Positions 61,530-64,000 of a stretch of 64,000 nucleotides of DNA are shown in pieces. The position numbers were made by a program, and so were the translations under genes. A model generated the notes under the pieces. It had not been told where the DNA came from, ran no database searches, and saw only the letters and a program-made list of their open reading frames with translations. Source of the DNA: the human T2T-CHM13v2.0 reference genome, Homo sapiens; NCBI RefSeq assembly GCF_009914755.1, contig NC_060940.1; one strand, written 5' to 3'. How positions within the stretch are numbered: position 1 is the stretch's first letter; each line of letters starts with the position of its first letter.

Positions 61530-61581
61530 GCTCTCTGCCTTTCTATCTGTCTCAGTCTCTGTCTCTCTGTGTTTGTCTCTG

Positions 61582-61616
<35 letters not shown>

Positions 61617-61625
61617 ATATATATA
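61530..61625. repeat. (TCTCTG)n/(TC)n/(TA)n microsatellite
   Basis: Direct inspection. Confidence 0.9.
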
Positions 61626-61628
61626 GAG

Positions 61629-61736
61629 GGAAGTGGGACTAAACTATATAGGAGCGTACAATGGACTAGGACTGAAGCCAAATAGGCTGAGACCTATATG
61701 GATCTCTAGGACCAGGCGTGGGGGCCTGAATTCCAA
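61629..61736 (+). repeat. 108-bp local direct repeat, copy 2
   Basis: Offset exactly 1,900 bp from copy 1; flanked on both sides by (TA)n. Confidence 0.95.
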
Positions 61737-61897
61737 ATATATATATGCATATATATGTGTGCATATGTATATACATATATACAAATGAATTCCAAATATA
61801 TACATATATATGTGTGTGTATATGTAGAGAGACATATATATGTGTATATATGTGTGTGTGTGTGTATATATATGCGCGCACGTGTGTGTGTGTGTGT

Positions 61898-61936
<39 letters not shown>

Positions 61937-61954
61937 CACACACATACATATATA
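61737..61954. repeat. (TA)n/(TG)n/(CA)n alternating purine-pyrimidine tract
   Basis: Direct inspection; quasi-palindrome centred at 61897/61898. Confidence 0.93.
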
Positions 61955-62600
61955 CAGTTGGCCCTCTCATCCAGGGGTTCCAGCAACTGTAGGGTCCACA
62001 GCCACGGATCAAAAATATCTGGAGGCCGGGCATGCTGGCTTATGCCTCTAGTCCCGGGACATTGGGAGGCCAAGGCAGAAGGATCACTTGAGCCTGGGAG
62101 TTTGAGACTAGCCTGGGCAACATAGTGAGACTTAGTGTCTACAATAAAAAATAAAAAAAAATTAGCATTAGCTGGACTTGGTGGTGCACACCTATAGTCC
62201 CAGCTACTTGTGAGGCTGAGGCAGAAGGATTGCTTGATCCCAGGAGGCAGAGGTTGCAGTGAGCCAAGATCATGCCCCTGCGGCCCAGTCTAGGTGACAG
62301 AGCAAGGTTCTGTCTCAAAAAAAAAAAAAAATCCCACAAAAACTCTTATGGGAAAAAAAAAAAGGCAATTAAAAATACAAATAAAACATGCAGTGTAAGA
62401 ACTATTTACATAACATTTACATTGCATTAGATATTATAAGTAATCTAGAGATGACAAAGTATATGGGAGGATATGCATGGTTATATGCAAATACTGTGCT
62501 ATTTTATGTCAGGGACTTGAGCATTGGGAGACTTGGTATCTGCGGGGGTGTGGAGGGGCGGTTAGTGGAATCATCTTCCATAGATACAAAGGGATGACTG
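61955..62600 (-). mobile_element. MER2 (Tigger-derived), interrupted by an Alu
   Basis: Termini ta|cagttggccctc...gggatgactg|ta; ataagtaatctagagatg...ggttatatgcaaatact...gggacttgagcat. Confidence 0.9.
62024..62331 (+). mobile_element. AluJ
   Basis: Full dimer with J-type ggatcacttgagcct and poly(A). Confidence 0.95.
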
Positions 62601-62844
62601 TATAAATATAATCTTTCTCTCTCTCTGGAACCAATGAGGCACACTACCAGCAATTAAAGACTTGGGAAAGTTAATTATTAATTGGTCACTTCTGCTAATC
62701 ACAGCCATGACACCGGCTGCCTTGCACCAAGCATTCCTTCAGCATCAGGGCCAAAATCATGCAATCTTAGTGTTAAAGAGAGGGTATCTTGGAGTTCAGC
62801 ATTCAACCCAAATCACAGGTGGAGACCCTGAGGCACAGAATGTA

Positions 62845-63410
62845 TGTCACAGATAGCGACTGATGCCTTTCCAGCATCCAGTGCCCCTTCTTCTGGTGTC
62901 AGTGCCTTAACTTCCCCCGGGGAGGTATCCTCCCTGAGTTATGGCAATGTGATTTGGGTGGGAGTGCTTCCACCCCTGATTCCAGGAGTAGATACCTGAC
63001 ACTGGTCTGCCCAATCATAATACTCCATCTCCCTGGCTTTGTCAGTTGGCTCAGCAAGGTTCACATGAGCCACTTTTAGCCAATGAGGTAAGCATTCTCC
63101 TCTTTTGTGGAAACAAAAAGATGAGCTCTCATTCTGCTGGACATGTCAGCAGTGAGGAAGTAAGAGTGACACCCAGTGGAGAAAGTCAGCCTGGAGTCAA
63201 GGCAGCTCAGAGGAAAGCAGTGGCAAGAAGTAGAGAAAGAGAAAGAAAATACCAGAGATCCCACCTGGGCACATTGTTGGAATGTCTGGATCCAGCCATG
63301 CCTGAGGACTGATCTTTTCATTCAAATGAGAGTCCAAGAAATTTTTTTGTTTTTTGCTTAAACCAGTTGGAGTTGCACTTTTGTTTCTTGGAAACAAATT
63401 AGCTCTGAGA
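62845..63410 (+). mobile_element. MLT1K/L-like LTR
   Basis: ccaatcataatactccatctccctgg...ctggatccagccatgcctga...tgcttaaaccagttggagttg. Confidence 0.75.
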
Positions 63411-63509
63411 AACACAGGTAACAAAGAGCCCAAGTTCTTTGTCTAAGTCAGGGACTAGGCTATATAAGCTATATGGGAACCAAGCATCCAGATCTTAGGC
63501 TAGTATGTT

Positions 63510-63557
63510 TTTTCTCTTTTTAATGAAGTGTAACACATATGCACATATCTCTCTCTC

Positions 63558-63592
<35 letters not shown>

Positions 63593-63810
63593 ATAACTTA
63601 TCTATTGAAAGTGCACAAACCATCAATGTACAGCTCAATAAATTTCTACAAGTTGAACATACCTATATAACCAGCATCCAGGCAAAAGCACAGAACATTA
63701 CCACCATCTCTCCCTCCACCCACCAGAGCTTCCCTTTCTCTGATTCCAGTCTCTCCTCCTCCAGGGGTAACCACTATCCTCATTTCTAGCATCACAGGTT
63801 AGTTTTGCCT
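63510..63810 (-). mobile_element. L1ME-type 3' end, antisense
   Basis: gaaagtgcacaaa...tgtacagctcaataaatttc...aaccagcatccagg...cagaacattacc...gtaaccactatcct. Confidence 0.8.
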
Positions 63811-63867
63811 GTGGTTTGTTTGCTGGTTGGCTGGTTTTGTTTTACTTTGTTCACTAATCTGCAGTCT

Positions 63868-64000
63868 GGGCAGGTGGGAGGATCATTTGAGGCCAGGAGT
63901 TTGAGATCAGCCTGGAAACATAGCAAGACTCCATCTAAAAAAATTTAGCTGGCCAGGAGTGGTGGCTCATGCTTGTAATCCTGGCACTTTGGGAGGCCGA
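63868..64000 (+). mobile_element. Partial Alu left monomer followed by the 5' end of a second Alu (from 63951)
   Basis: ggaggatcatttgaggccaggagtttgaga...aaaaatttagct|ggccaggagtggtggctcatg. Confidence 0.85.

Overview
Primate (most likely human) nuclear DNA, apparently intergenic or deep intronic. I recognise no protein-coding gene, RNA gene, CRISPR array or prokaryotic system. Roughly two thirds of the window, estimated by eye, is interspersed repeat: about 25 Alu copies (J and S types, FLAMs, one trimer), old L1M blocks (25.0-32.5 kb), primate L1PA 3' ends (51.9 kb and 54.8-57.4 kb), MIR/L2/CR1 fossils, many MaLR/ERVL/ERV1 solo LTRs (MLT1, MST, MLT2A, LTR41-like, MER34-like) and small DNA-transposon derivatives (MER53, MADE1, MER20, MER2). 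There are also long (CAT/CAC)n, (TTTC)n and (TG/CA/TA)n tracts. The supplied ORFs are explained by Alu, L1, low-complexity or chance translations. The observations not explained by repeat families alone are: (i) an ungapped 108-bp direct duplication exactly 1,900 bp apart, whose second copy sits in a cruciform-prone microsatellite; (ii) an MLT2A solo LTR with a perfect TSD, DUX4-like motifs and a splice donor, inserted in a (CAC)n tract that has hidden higher-order periodicity; (iii) a trimeric chimeric AluJ; (iv) a CpG-retaining, motif-dense candidate enhancer near 60.5-60.9 kb and a candidate non-coding exon at 51.8 kb. I found no convincing novel biological system. Subfamily names come from recalled consensus sequences, and the boundaries of old repeats are approximate.
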